Shown in pieces: positions 1 through 11,287 of a stretch of DNA of 50,772 bases; position 1 is the first letter of the stretch; the number at the start of each line of letters is the position of its first letter. The translations under genes and the position numbers were made by a program. This DNA is from a bacterium (GTDB taxonomy: Bacteria; Zixibacteria; MSB-5A5; GN15; FEB-12). The stretch is from NCBI GenBank assembly GCA_024230675.1, contig JAAERE010000194.1, forward strand, positions 1 through 50,772, read 5' to 3'. The notes under the pieces were generated by a model, which was not told where the DNA came from, ran no database searches, and saw only the letters and a list, made by a program, of their open reading frames with translations.

Positions 1-86
1 GTCATTATCGTAACCGGGAGGTCATCTAGAAGATGTTTGATTTCCCGAATCTTGTCTTTGTTGTTGGTGGCTAGTACGAGCTGCAT
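1..86 (-). CDS. rdgB: dITP/XTP pyrophosphatase (RdgB/HAM1 family), N-terminal fragment that runs off the window edge
   Basis: Reverse-strand translation from the ATG at 86..84 reads MQLVLATNNKDKIREIKHLLDDLPVTIM. This matches the typical RdgB/HAM1 N-terminus. It is too short to appear in the ORF track. Confidence 0.6.
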   Translation of the reverse strand, partial: MQLVLATNNKDKIREIKHLLDDLPVTIM

Positions 87-92
87 GAAATC

Positions 93-911
93 CTAATACC
101 CACTTATATCTACTCTGGTGATGCGGTCGACCGGATGGTCCAAAAAACGCGTGGCCAACTGCGAGAATTTTTCTGGTACGTCAGAGACGAAAAACTTGTG
201 CTCCCCCTGAGGAGTTGGCTGCTGCGAGGCTGCCGTGTTGATGAGGTGCGCATCCGCCAGCAGTCGGTAGGTCGCCCGCGCCGTTTCCTGGCCGGAATCG
301 ATCAGCCGAACGTTGTCGCCCATGACATCGGCAATCACCTGTTTCAGCAGCGGATAGTGTGTGCAGCCGAGGATCAGCGTGTCAACGTCAACATCGATCA
401 TCGTCTGGAGATAGTCCTTAGCGATAAGGTACGTAGCTTCCTTGTCGATGTACCCCTCTTCGGCCAGCGGTACAAACAGGGGACAGGCAAGCGAGAAGAC
501 CTTGTGTTCGGGGTTGATCTCGTGGATCATCCGCGCGTAGGCGTTCGAGCCGATGGTAGCGTTAGTGCCGATAACCCCGATCCGGCCGTTGCTGGTCTTT
601 TCGGCTGCGGCCTCGGCACCGGGTCGTATTACACCCACCATTTCGATTCTGTAATTCCCGGCGACTTCATCGAGGGCCACCGCCGAAGCAGTGTTGCAGG
701 CGCAGATGATGAATTTGACCTTGTGCTCCATCAGGAAGGACACGTCCTGGGCGGTGAACTTGACTATGATCTCGCTGGAGCGTCCTCCGTAAGGTGTTCG
801 GGCGACATCGCCAAAATACACCACGTCTTCGCCGGGCAACATGCGAAAAATCTCGCGGGCCACGGTCAGGCCGCCCACGCCGGAGTCAAAAATCCCTATC
901 GGTCTGTCCAT
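93..911 (-). CDS. murI: glutamate racemase
   Basis: 272-aa ORF with the motifs IGIFDSGVGGLTV, CACNTAS and LGCTHYP, which are characteristic of MurI. Confidence 0.95.
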   Translation of the reverse strand: MDRPIGIFDSGVGGLTVAREIFRMLPGEDVVYFGDVARTPYGGRSSEIIVKFTAQDVSFLMEHKVKFIICACNTASAVALDEVAGNYRIEMVGVIRPGAEAAAEKTSNGRIGVIGTNATIGSNAYARMIHEINPEHKVFSLACPLFVPLAEEGYIDKEATYLIAKDYLQTMIDVDVDTLILGCTHYPLLKQVIADVMGDNVRLIDSGQETARATYRLLADAHLINTAASQQPTPQGEHKFFVSDVPEKFSQLATRFLDHPVDRITRVDISGY

Positions 912-938
912 GCCCGCCCTTTCCCGTCGCTACACAGA

Positions 939-2429
939 TCAATCGTTTTCATATTTGCCTTTGAAGCGTTTGATCGCCTCGTAAATCCCCTTAGCCACCT
1001 TTTCCTGATACTTTTTGGATTTCAGCAGATTCTCTTCGCTCTTGTTCGAAATGAACGCCGCTTCAATCAACACCGACGGAGTGAAGACTTTATTCAGGAC
1101 GAAAAAGCCGGCCTGATCGACCCCTCGCGCCGGGGTGTCGAGGCGCCGTCGAAACTCCCGGTCAACCATCAGGGCAAAATCGTTGGACTCGGCCTGGAAT
1201 TCGGTCATGATCATCTCGTTCAGGATAGACAGGATCGGGTCCTCGAAGGCATCCGACGGACTCGGATTCTGACTTTGATGAGACTCTCTCAGGAAAAAGC
1301 TGTTTTCGAGCTGTTCCACCGACCGGGCGGAATCGTTCAGCGCGGGGGCGAGGAAAAAGACGTTCCAGCCCCGCACTCTCTTCTTGGGTGAGGCGTTGGC
1401 GTGAATCGATATGAACAGGTCAGCTCCGGCCTGGTTGGCTATCTCTGCCCGCCTCTCCAGCGAAACCGTTTTGTTGCGGTCTCGCGTCATGATAACCTTG
1501 AACTTCTTGTCCTTGCGAATCAGGGAAGCCAGCTTCTTGGCGATGTTCAGGACGACGTCTTTTTCTCGCGTGCCCCTCGATCCGATAGCGCCGTAGTCGT
1601 CGCCGCCGTGTCCGGCGTCCACCACAATAACATCGATCTTGTCATCCGGGCCGAGTATTGGTGTGGGAGAAGTGTCGAGTTCGAAATCAACGTCCGTTAT
1701 TGAAATCTGGATCCGGGTCGGGTCGTGGACCAGTTTGTGATGCCATTTATCCGGTTTCTGTCGAAGTCGGATCGATACCTGTCCGGTATTGTTCTCCACC
1801 TGGTGCACCTTAAGGTTCCGCATCAGGCGATTGTCTTTGCGGGAGAGAACGCGGCTGCGGTTGATGCGTGCGTCCCTCATCGAAATATTGATCCAGTTGC
1901 CTTCGGTGACAAAAACCTCATAGGCCAGGGCGGTGGAGAGATGCAACTCGATCAACACGCCGTTGGCTTTCGCCTGGATCGAAAGGTCGTTGACGTTGAA
2001 GTATTCGGAGTCAACTCGGATCGTCCGTTCGGCTCGAGACCAGCTTAGTTTCTGTGGGGTGACCCGGTCCAGGAAGGGAAGCAGCGTGGCGACCGGCACG
2101 AAAAGCTGGCCCTGTCGCAATCCGGCGGCATAGGTCATGTTGTAACTTGTGTCGTTGAGAACAAAGAACGGGGAGTCGAGCAGGAAATTGAATTTGAACC
2201 CGATGTCTTTGTATTCCACCCGGTGGCCGACTGTCGTCCAGGTTAACGTCCCGCCCAGAATATCAGCCAGCTCTGACAGGGAGACGAAATACACGCTGCC
2301 GTCCCAGAACGCGGCGACATCATTGTACCCCCCGGCGATAGAGACCTTGATTTTGTCAGAACCTGTCGCAGTAACTGACATCAAAACGATCAGTAACAGG
2401 ATGAGGGGGATGGTCAAACGGGCTTTCAT
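939..2429 (-). CDS. N-acetylmuramoyl-L-alanine amidase (Amidase_3 family) with an N-terminal signal peptide and extra periplasmic domains
   Basis: Signal peptide MKARLTIPLILLLIVLMSVTA. The C-terminal catalytic block reads VIVVDAGHGGDDYGAIG ... ADLFISIHANAS, typical of AmiA/B/C-type amidases. Confidence 0.9.
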   Translation of the reverse strand: MKARLTIPLILLLIVLMSVTATGSDKIKVSIAGGYNDVAAFWDGSVYFVSLSELADILGGTLTWTTVGHRVEYKDIGFKFNFLLDSPFFVLNDTSYNMTYAAGLRQGQLFVPVATLLPFLDRVTPQKLSWSRAERTIRVDSEYFNVNDLSIQAKANGVLIELHLSTALAYEVFVTEGNWINISMRDARINRSRVLSRKDNRLMRNLKVHQVENNTGQVSIRLRQKPDKWHHKLVHDPTRIQISITDVDFELDTSPTPILGPDDKIDVIVVDAGHGGDDYGAIGSRGTREKDVVLNIAKKLASLIRKDKKFKVIMTRDRNKTVSLERRAEIANQAGADLFISIHANASPKKRVRGWNVFFLAPALNDSARSVEQLENSFFLRESHQSQNPSPSDAFEDPILSILNEMIMTEFQAESNDFALMVDREFRRRLDTPARGVDQAGFFVLNKVFTPSVLIEAAFISNKSEENLLKSKKYQEKVAKGIYEAIKRFKGKYEND

Positions 2430-2432
2430 GCG

Positions 2433-2906
2433 CTATTTCCCAGTTTCTTTTCGAACTGCCTGTTTAATACGCCGGTCGGCCTCTTCCTTGGCAATAGCCT
2501 GGCGCTTGTCGAATTTTCTACGCCCCACGGCCAGCGCCAGTTCGATTTTGACATGTTTTCCCCTAAAATAGACCGCCAGAGGGATCAGAGACAGACCTCG
2601 CTGCTGCGTTTTGATTGTCAGTTTGGTTATCTCCCGCTTGTGTAGAAGCAGGCGGCGCGGGCGGGTCGGGTCGTCCTCGGTGCCGGAAGCCATGGAGTAG
2701 GGCGTGATATGGAGGTTCTTGAGATAAACCTGGCCGTCCTGGACAAGGGCATAGCTATCCGCCAAGTTTACTTTGCCCTCGCGGATAGATTTCACCTCGG
2801 TGCCCCTCAATTCGATCCCGGCCTCAAGCGTGCTCACGATCTCGTAAGAATAGCGGGCCTTTCGGTTTCTCGTGACTATCTGCTTGTTGTCTCTTGACTC
2901 CGGCAT
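2433..2906 (-). CDS. smpB: SsrA-binding protein SmpB
   Basis: Contains NRKARYSYEI..LEAGIELRGTEVKS.R and a basic C-terminal tail. The ORF-track start at 2942 is a TTG. The in-frame ATG at 2906 gives a typical ~157-aa SmpB. The start is uncertain. Confidence 0.88.
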   Translation of the reverse strand: MPESRDNKQIVTRNRKARYSYEIVSTLEAGIELRGTEVKSIREGKVNLADSYALVQDGQVYLKNLHITPYSMASGTEDDPTRPRRLLLHKREITKLTIKTQQRGLSLIPLAVYFRGKHVKIELALAVGRRKFDKRQAIAKEEADRRIKQAVRKETGK

Positions 2907-3103
2907 ACGCGCAAGAATAGGGCGTTTCCGGGCGCGGGGCAATCAAAAACAGGCGATTGGGCGGGCCGCCCAGAGGCAGCTTCGGTCAAGAGCGAGGCGA
3001 GGGCTAATATTGTCGCCCTGACGGTCGATAACTGTATCAACTGTAAGGGATGCAAAGGGGGATTTTGGTGACGAATAACTTCTCTGACGTTCAAGGGGGC
3101 GGA

Positions 3104-3511
3104 ATGCGGTCCGAAACCGACGACAGACGCAAAGCGATCATTTTGGTGGTCGACGATGAAAAACCTATTGCCGATCTGATTCAGAAGATACTGGAAAAGG
3201 AAGGGCATATTGCCCATACGGCCGGGACCGGCGCCGAAGCGGTTCGGCGAGCCGCAGAACTCAAGCCCACTCTGATTATCATGGATATCACTATGCCGGA
3301 GATGGACGGTTATGAGGCGACCCAGCAGATCAAAACCAACGCTGAGTTGAAAGACGTTCCGGTGATTTTCCTGACCGGAAAATCGGCCCAGGAAGACGGG
3401 GGGCGGGCGTTCGCCGAAGGCGGCGTGTCCTACGTACGTAAACCCTTTTCCAACGTCCAGATACGGGACCTGGTCAATCTGACTTTGCAGTCTGTATTTG
3501 ACCTTGGGTAG
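3104..3511 (+). CDS. single-domain response regulator (CheY-like receiver only)
   Basis: Contains ILVVDDE ... IIMDITMPEMDGYE ... VIFLTGK ... KPF. No output domain. The ATG at 3104 is preceded by a G-rich SD; the ORF-track start at 3050 is less likely. Confidence 0.85.
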   Translation: MRSETDDRRKAIILVVDDEKPIADLIQKILEKEGHIAHTAGTGAEAVRRAAELKPTLIIMDITMPEMDGYEATQQIKTNAELKDVPVIFLTGKSAQEDGGRAFAEGGVSYVRKPFSNVQIRDLVNLTLQSVFDLG

Positions 3512-3588
3512 CAGGGGTTAAGAGACGGCGGACAGCTGCCGATCTAATTTATAAAACCCTTATTGGATAAAAGCTCAGCAGGAGAGAC

Positions 3589-3990
3589 GTGTCTCAAAAG
3601 ATTCAAATACAAGCGGCCAGAGTATTGGTTATCGACGACGAGCCTGAGATAACCGATATCGTCGAAACCTTCCTCACCGAGGCCGGCTACACGGTATCTG
3701 TCGAGAACGCTCCGCAAGATGCTGTGACCAAAGCTGTTGAATTCCTGCCGGATGTAGTCCTGCTCGATATTATGATGCCGGGCACCGACGGATATGATAT
3801 CTGCCAGGATATCAAAAAGGTCCCGGAGCTAAGCCACGTTCCCATAATTTTCCTGACCGGCAAGGACCGGGCCGATGACATGGGGCGCTCCTTCAAGGTC
3901 GGCGGCGATATGTTTATCAAGAAGCCGTTTTCCTGCGAAAGGCTCCTGGAAATCGTCAATATTGTGGTGATGTCCACAGCCAAGCACTGA
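3589..3990 (+). CDS. single-domain response regulator (CheY-like receiver only)
   Basis: Contains VLVIDDE ... LLDIMMPGTDGYD ... IIFLTGK ... KKPF. GTG start at 3589 with the SD AGGAGAG upstream. Confidence 0.85.
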   Translation: MSQKIQIQAARVLVIDDEPEITDIVETFLTEAGYTVSVENAPQDAVTKAVEFLPDVVLLDIMMPGTDGYDICQDIKKVPELSHVPIIFLTGKDRADDMGRSFKVGGDMFIKKPFSCERLLEIVNIVVMSTAKH

Positions 3991-4007
3991 GACGGAGATA
4001 GATATAG

Positions 4008-4030
4008 AACGGGCCCCGGGCCCGTTTTTT
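4008..4030 (+). terminator. intrinsic terminator after the second receiver gene
   Basis: GC hairpin AACGGGCC..GGCCCGTT followed by a T6 run (4025..4030). Confidence 0.6.
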
Positions 4031-4031
4031 G

Positions 4032-4060
4032 TTGACTATTTTTGTGCGGTGCACTATATT
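4032..4060 (+). promoter_or_regulatory. sigma70-type promoter candidate (TTGACT-17-TATATT)
   Basis: TTGACT at 4032..4037, a 17-nt spacer, then TATATT at 4055..4060. It lies just upstream of the ATG at 4078. It would exclude the ORF-track start at 4042. Confidence 0.5.
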
Positions 4061-4077
4061 TATTGAAACGGTACGCT

Positions 4078-4653
4078 ATGAGACTCGTAAAAAGATATAA
4101 GAATCGCCGGCTGTACGATACTGAGACCAGCCGAACCATCACCCAGTTTGATCTGGCCCGGATGATACAGGAAGGTCACAAGGTGAAGGTGATCGACTCC
4201 ACCACCGGAGAAGACATCACTCTGGCGGTTATCGGGCGCGTTATGCTGGCGGAAACTTCGCGCTGGGGCAGCGCGAAGGATTCAACGGAACTCTTGAGAT
4301 CAATGATAATAGTAGGAGGTGAGAAATCCATGTCTATACTCAAAAACACGGTGCTGGCCTCAATCGGCGTTCTTCAGGTAACCAAGGCGAAGGCGGAGAA
4401 GATCATCGACGAGCTTATCAAGAAAGGTGATCTGGACAAGTCCGACCGCAAGAAGGCAGTTATGGAACTGCTGGAAAAGGCTGAGAAGTCGACGGCTGAC
4501 CTGCGAAAGAAGTTTGCTTCCGAGGCCCAAAAAGCTGGCAAGAGCGTCTCCAAGATGACCTCAGGTCTCAACTGGGCGACGCAGGACGATCTGAAGAAGC
4601 TGGAGAGAAAGGTCAACCGGCTGGCCAAGCAGATCAAAGAGATGCAGGCCTAG
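4078..4653 (+). CDS. PhaR-N-domain / phasin-like PHA granule-associated regulator
   Basis: The N-terminus MRLVKRYKNRRLYDTETSRTIT matches the PHB/PHA accumulation regulator DNA-binding motif. The C-terminal half is Lys/Glu-rich and coiled-coil, like a phasin. Confidence 0.7.
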   Translation: MRLVKRYKNRRLYDTETSRTITQFDLARMIQEGHKVKVIDSTTGEDITLAVIGRVMLAETSRWGSAKDSTELLRSMIIVGGEKSMSILKNTVLASIGVLQVTKAKAEKIIDELIKKGDLDKSDRKKAVMELLEKAEKSTADLRKKFASEAQKAGKSVSKMTSGLNWATQDDLKKLERKVNRLAKQIKEMQA

Positions 4654-4707
4654 CGGCGAGCAGATCGCAAACCGAGAGATTCCCGTGAAAAACAGGCGTT
4701 CCTGTGT

Positions 4708-7304
<2,597 letters not shown>

Positions 7305-7310
7305 GTTAAA

Positions 7311-8102
7311 CTAAAGATCCTTCAGAAGGTTCTCCGCCTGTTCGGCTTCGAAAGTACCCGGGAAGTCGTCGATCAGCTGCTGGTACAGCCGTTTGGCTTC
7401 GTCCGTTTTATCAAGTTCCTGCTTGCAGCGGGCCAGCTTATATAGCGCCCGACCGTTGTTGGGAGAGTCCGGGAAGCCGTTCATCAGTTTTTCGTACTCG
7501 GCGATAGCCAGAGTGTACTTTTCCTGTGCGAAAAAGCTTTCACCGACCCAGTACAGGGCGCTGGGAACGTTTTCGTCGCCCTCGCAATCAGCCAGGTAGC
7601 TTCGGAAGCCCTCAATCGCCGGATCGTATTCGCCCCTACGCACCAGCGTGAAAGCGTTGTCGTAAGCGTCAATACAATCGGTCGAGGAAGTCGCAGCCGG
7701 CGGGGGCGGAGTGGTCGTGGTTGGCCCGGATGCGGAAACATCCGTCTGCGCGCCCGGCGAACTGGTCGGCGCCAGCCTGACAACCTGTTGACCGGCCATT
7801 TGATCGATCCGGGTCATCAGGTCGTTGTAGTTCTCCAACAACTGGCCCAACTGGCGGGTCAGTTCGTCGGTGGAATAACGGACATCGTTGGTCAGTTTCC
7901 GGTTAGCTTCGGCGCCCGCTGTGATCAGCGAGTCCATGCGGGCCACCAAGTCTGTCGTCTGGCGGTTCTGGGCCTCCAGTTCTGCGATCTGAGCTTTGAT
8001 CTCCTCAGCATCGCGCTTGGTGGCGCAGCCGCTAAACAACCCTATAAAGATAACCGCCATCGCAAAGATGGCGGCTACCGTACTTGTCTTGTGACGGTTC
8101 AT
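7311..8102 (-). CDS. cpoB: Tol-Pal system protein CpoB/YbgF (coiled coil plus TPR)
   Basis: Lipobox-like FSGC, an N-terminal coiled coil and a C-terminal TPR block (ALYWVGESFFAQEKYTLAIAEY...ALYKLARC). It sits immediately downstream of pal. Confidence 0.85.
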   Translation of the reverse strand: MNRHKTSTVAAIFAMAVIFIGLFSGCATKRDAEEIKAQIAELEAQNRQTTDLVARMDSLITAGAEANRKLTNDVRYSTDELTRQLGQLLENYNDLMTRIDQMAGQQVVRLAPTSSPGAQTDVSASGPTTTTPPPPAATSSTDCIDAYDNAFTLVRRGEYDPAIEGFRSYLADCEGDENVPSALYWVGESFFAQEKYTLAIAEYEKLMNGFPDSPNNGRALYKLARCKQELDKTDEAKRLYQQLIDDFPGTFEAEQAENLLKDL

Positions 8103-8122
8103 ATCTCTTATACTCTCGAGGT

Positions 8123-8641
8123 TTACTGAGAGACGATCGTAAACTCGCTCCGACGATTCTTATCCCAGGCGGCTTCGTTGTGACCGGTATCTACCGGGCG
8201 CTCCTTGCCGAAGGAGATAATCGAAAGTCGGGCGGCATCAACACCCAGACCGGACAGATATTCCATCACGGCGTTGGCGCGTTTTTCGCCAAGCGACAGG
8301 TTGTATTCAATCGTCCCGCGCTCGTCACAATGGCCTTCGATCTTGATGATCGCATCCGGGAACTCGTTCAACAACGCATAGTTGTGATCCAGATTCGCCC
8401 GGGCGTCTTCGCGAAGGTTGAACTTGTCAAAGTCAAAGTAAACCACCTGGAACTGCGTGGCCTGCAACACCGGCGGCGGAGGCGGCGGCGGCGGCGGTGG
8501 CGGTGGCGGCGGAGGCGGTGGTGCCGGTGTTGTGTCTACCGGCGGGGGCAGCTCTTCTTCCACTGGTTTTGGACCACCACAGGCGGTCAGCATGCTGGCG
8601 ATAACCACGCCCACGAGCAGCAAAAACGCTAGTCTTTTCAT
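8123..8641 (-). CDS. pal: peptidoglycan-associated lipoprotein Pal (OmpA-C domain)
   Basis: Lipobox LTAC and the OmpA-like block IKIEGHCDERGTIEYNLSLGEKRANAV...RRSEF. Located within the tol cluster. Confidence 0.93.
   Translation of the reverse strand: MKRLAFLLLVGVVIASMLTACGGPKPVEEELPPPVDTTPAPPPPPPPPPPPPPPPPPVLQATQFQVVYFDFDKFNLREDARANLDHNYALLNEFPDAIIKIEGHCDERGTIEYNLSLGEKRANAVMEYLSGLGVDAARLSIISFGKERPVDTGHNEAAWDKNRRSEFTIVSQ
8471..8521 (-). repeat. homopolymeric proline tract (17 consecutive CCN codons) in the Pal linker
   Basis: Counted codon by codon on the reverse strand: 17 uninterrupted Pro codons between Ala and Val. On the + strand this reads as a (GGC/GGT/GGA)n triplet repeat. Confidence 0.95.
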
Positions 8642-8704
8642 TTTCTATTAAACCTCCCTGTAGGGAATCGAAATACTTAAAGTTCTGTCTTATCCAGTCT
8701 GTCC

Positions 8705-8733
8705 ATTCTAGCAGATACCTAATATAGGGTCAA
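8705..8733 (-). promoter_or_regulatory. internal sigma70-type promoter candidate for pal-cpoB (TTGACC-17-TAGAAT)
   Basis: Reverse strand: TTGACC (8733..8728), a 17-nt spacer, TAGAAT (8710..8705). A T8 tract lies just upstream. Confidence 0.5.
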
Positions 8734-8829
8734 TAAAAAAAACATCTTTCTGGAAGGCAAGAGCTTATACCTGCCTCGCAGGCTTGTTTGCCCTCTTATA
8801 CTTTCCAGCAGGCGGAAGGTTTCTGACCG

Positions 8830-10134
8830 TTACTTAATAGGTCCCCAGACCGGATTGGAGCAGTTCCCCCCCCGGGTGAGACGGCGCTGATTGCGGCCGG
8901 AAAGGTCCATCGTATATATGTCTCCGGGGGTCAGCCGCGAAGAAGAAAAGATAATATGCTTGCCGTCGGGGGAGAAGTGCGGGTTTTCGTTCTGGCCTAC
9001 TTCGGTCAAAATGCGGTAATCGGCCCCAGAAGTATCAATCGACGCCAGGTCAAAGCGGCCGTATTTGGTCCGGCTTACGAACGTCACCCGGTCGCCGCGT
9101 TCGGACCAGATCGGGGAATCGTTGTATCTGCCCTCGAACGTCAAACGCCGCATATTGAGGCCGTCGGAATCCATCAGGTAGATCTGGGGAGCCCCGGTAC
9201 GGTCGGACGAGAAAGCAATCATACGGCCGTCGGGGGACCAGGTGGGGGCCGAATCGATAGACCAATGTCGGGTCAGGCGCTTTATAATCCGTCCCTCCAG
9301 GTCCAGTACGTAGATTTCGGAGTTGCCATCCTTGGACAACACACAGGCAATCTTGTCGCCGTCGGGGGAAACCGCGGGGGCCGCCACGACACCGGCGTAA
9401 TCGGTCAGACGTTTGACTTCGCCCGAAGCCACCGAGACTTTGTAGAGCTGCGGATCGCCCCCGTAATAGCTTGTGAAAAACAGCTCGTTGCTCCCCGGTG
9501 CAAACGACGGGGAGAGATTGATAGTATTCATATTGGTTAGCTGCTTTTCGTTGGTACCGTCGTAGTCGGCGACGAACAGCTCCTTGGCCTCATCAATCTT
9601 TCGTATATAGGCCACCTTGCTTCGGAAAATCCCCTGCTCGCCGGTCAGAGCGTGGACGACTTCGTTGGCAATGTCGTGCGACAGCTCCCGCCAATAGGCG
9701 CGGTTGTACTCAAAGTTACCTTTGGCCACTCTGGTCTGGGTTGGGGCGTGGAAGAGCTTCCAGTAGGCGCGAAGGTTCGGGCCGGGAAATTCAACCTCAA
9801 TCTTGAGCACAAACTCCGCACCCAGCCGCTGCCAGCCTAGGAAAGTCAACTCCTTGATTTCATAGGTAGCCAGATAGAAACTGTCCAGCAGAACCAGGCC
9901 AAAATCGGCGTAAAAATCAATGTCACGCTGCACCACTCGAGTTACCCAAAGCATAATCGTGGAGTCATCGCCCGTGATGTACCGATCGCCGACGTACTTC
10001 ACTTCATCAACGCCGATAGGAGTTGGTTCGAACACGCCGGTAATGGTATCTATTCTGATTTCACGTACATCCTGCGCCAGAGCGGCACCGGCGGTCAGGG
10101 CGAAAAGCAGGATAAGAAGCAGGCAGCGTTTCAT
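8830..10134 (-). CDS. tolB: Tol-Pal system beta-propeller protein TolB
   Basis: Signal peptide, an N-terminal TolB domain, and repeated propeller blades (SPSFAPGSNELFFTS, SPDGDKIACV, SPDGRMIAFSSDR, SPDGKHIIFSS). Confidence 0.93.
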   Translation of the reverse strand: MKRCLLLILLFALTAGAALAQDVREIRIDTITGVFEPTPIGVDEVKYVGDRYITGDDSTIMLWVTRVVQRDIDFYADFGLVLLDSFYLATYEIKELTFLGWQRLGAEFVLKIEVEFPGPNLRAYWKLFHAPTQTRVAKGNFEYNRAYWRELSHDIANEVVHALTGEQGIFRSKVAYIRKIDEAKELFVADYDGTNEKQLTNMNTINLSPSFAPGSNELFFTSYYGGDPQLYKVSVASGEVKRLTDYAGVVAAPAVSPDGDKIACVLSKDGNSEIYVLDLEGRIIKRLTRHWSIDSAPTWSPDGRMIAFSSDRTGAPQIYLMDSDGLNMRRLTFEGRYNDSPIWSERGDRVTFVSRTKYGRFDLASIDTSGADYRILTEVGQNENPHFSPDGKHIIFSSSRLTPGDIYTMDLSGRNQRRLTRGGNCSNPVWGPIK

Positions 10135-10150
10135 GCGGTTTTCTTTCGTC

Positions 10151-10843
10151 CTAGTTGGTAAAGGTGATGGTGATACCTATGATTTCATCCAGGAACTGCC
10201 CAGGCAGCGGAGCAAAGGGTGCCGAGCGTTCCACCGCCGCCACGCAGGCCTCATCGAACTGCTGAAGGCCGGAGGAGCTGTTTACCTTGACCTCTATCAT
10301 GCGGCCGGACTTGATAACCTGGAAATAAACATCGCAGTACACTTTGCCGTCGATCTGGATAGGTATCCGGAAATTCTGATTGAGCTTGTTCCAGGTAAGC
10401 GTGAACCAGTAAGGATAGTTAAACGAGGCGTTGTCGACAGAAACGCCGGAGATAGAAGTCCCCGCAGGGGCCTGGACCTCGGTCTGACTATCGGCAGCCC
10501 CGGTCTGATTGTGTTCGGCCGGCTGTGCCTGTACCGGCGGCGTGACCTCCGGTTTGGGCGGCTCCGGTTCTGGTTCTTTGACAGGTTCCTCGACCTCGAC
10601 CGCTGGTTTGGTTGTAGGATTGTCAATTGGGATTTCTTCGGGCGCCATTGCCATTGCCTGCGGGATCTCCGGCGGGGCGATTACGTTAGGTTGGGCCGGG
10701 GCTATATCGGCCATGCTGACGGCGGTGACCCGGATAACCTCCCCGAATTCCGGAGGGTTCGTGATAGCAAAGGGGGCGGTGAGAAAAGTCAGGCCGACCA
10801 CCGAGAGGTGCAACACTACCGAGAATATGAGATCCTTGCTCAT
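10151..10843 (-). CDS. TolA/TonB-family energy transducer (N-terminal TM anchor, Pro/Glu-rich linker, TonB-C-like domain)
   Basis: TM anchor LIFSVVLHLSVVGLTFL, linker EVEEPVKEPEPEPPKPEVTPP, and a C-terminal domain ending ACVAAVERSAPFAPLP. It occupies the tolA position between tolR and tolB. Confidence 0.8.
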   Translation of the reverse strand: MSKDLIFSVVLHLSVVGLTFLTAPFAITNPPEFGEVIRVTAVSMADIAPAQPNVIAPPEIPQAMAMAPEEIPIDNPTTKPAVEVEEPVKEPEPEPPKPEVTPPVQAQPAEHNQTGAADSQTEVQAPAGTSISGVSVDNASFNYPYWFTLTWNKLNQNFRIPIQIDGKVYCDVYFQVIKSGRMIEVKVNSSSGLQQFDEACVAAVERSAPFAPLPGQFLDEIIGITITFTN

Positions 10844-10867
10844 GTCAGCAGCTTTCGTGACCGACGC

Positions 10868-11287
10868 TCAACGTCCGTTTTCCTCGTGAGCGGTTACCAG
10901 TCCGATCAGGTCTATACCGGCGTCTTTCATACGGCCAATAACGCCAATTGCCATGCCGTAGGCGATAGTGGAGTCACCTCGAAGATAGACCGACTGCGTG
11001 TTCTTGACCGCCATTTCCTGCTGGAGGGCGCTTTCAAAGTTCTCCAGCCGCGTCCAGACGTCGTTGATGAAGATACCGCCCTTTTCGTCGATTGTAACTA
11101 CCACACCGGTAGCCTCTTCATTGAGAACCGCAGCACGAGTGACGGGCAGGTCCACTTCGATTCCCGACTGAAGCAGAGGAGCCGAGATCATGAAAATGAT
11201 CAGGAGCACCAGTACGACATCCACGAGGTTGGCGATATTGATATCGGCCACCGAGTTGTACGGTCTTTGTCGTGGGCGTCGCAGCAT
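10868..11287 (-). CDS. tolR: biopolymer transport protein TolR/ExbD
   Basis: 139 aa with INIANLVDVVLVLLIIFM (ExbD TM) and a periplasmic domain. Its ATG overlaps the tolQ stop (ATGTAATG arrangement). Confidence 0.88.
   Translation of the reverse strand: MLRRPRQRPYNSVADINIANLVDVVLVLLIIFMISAPLLQSGIEVDLPVTRAAVLNEEATGVVVTIDEKGGIFINDVWTRLENFESALQQEMAVKNTQSVYLRGDSTIAYGMAIGVIGRMKDAGIDLIGLVTAHEENGR

Noticed and set aside
135-1391. A 418-aa + strand ORF antisense to murI and the amidase.
   Set aside because: It is a shadow ORF opposite two genes with unambiguous motifs. Its composition is Arg/Gly/Val-rich and it has no motifs.
4042-4077. The upstream start (4042) for the PhaR-like gene given in the ORF track.
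   Set aside because: The extension overlaps the TTGACT-17-TATATT promoter and the preceding terminator. The conserved N-terminus MRLVKRYKNRRLYD begins at the ATG at 4078.
8084-8651. + strand ORFs encoding poly-Arg (RRRRRRRRRWRWRRRR) and poly-Gly (G22) runs.
   Set aside because: These are alternative-frame, opposite-strand readings of the (CCN)17 tract of pal. The Pal frame has a lipobox and an OmpA domain and is the real one.
8734-8829. A possible terminator or attenuator between tolB and pal: nested hairpins followed by a U8 run on the reverse strand.
   Set aside because: The U-run is separated from the nearest stable stem by about 7 nt, and the stems are short and imperfect. The T-tract may equally be an UP-like element of the pal promoter. 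The evidence is not strong enough to annotate.
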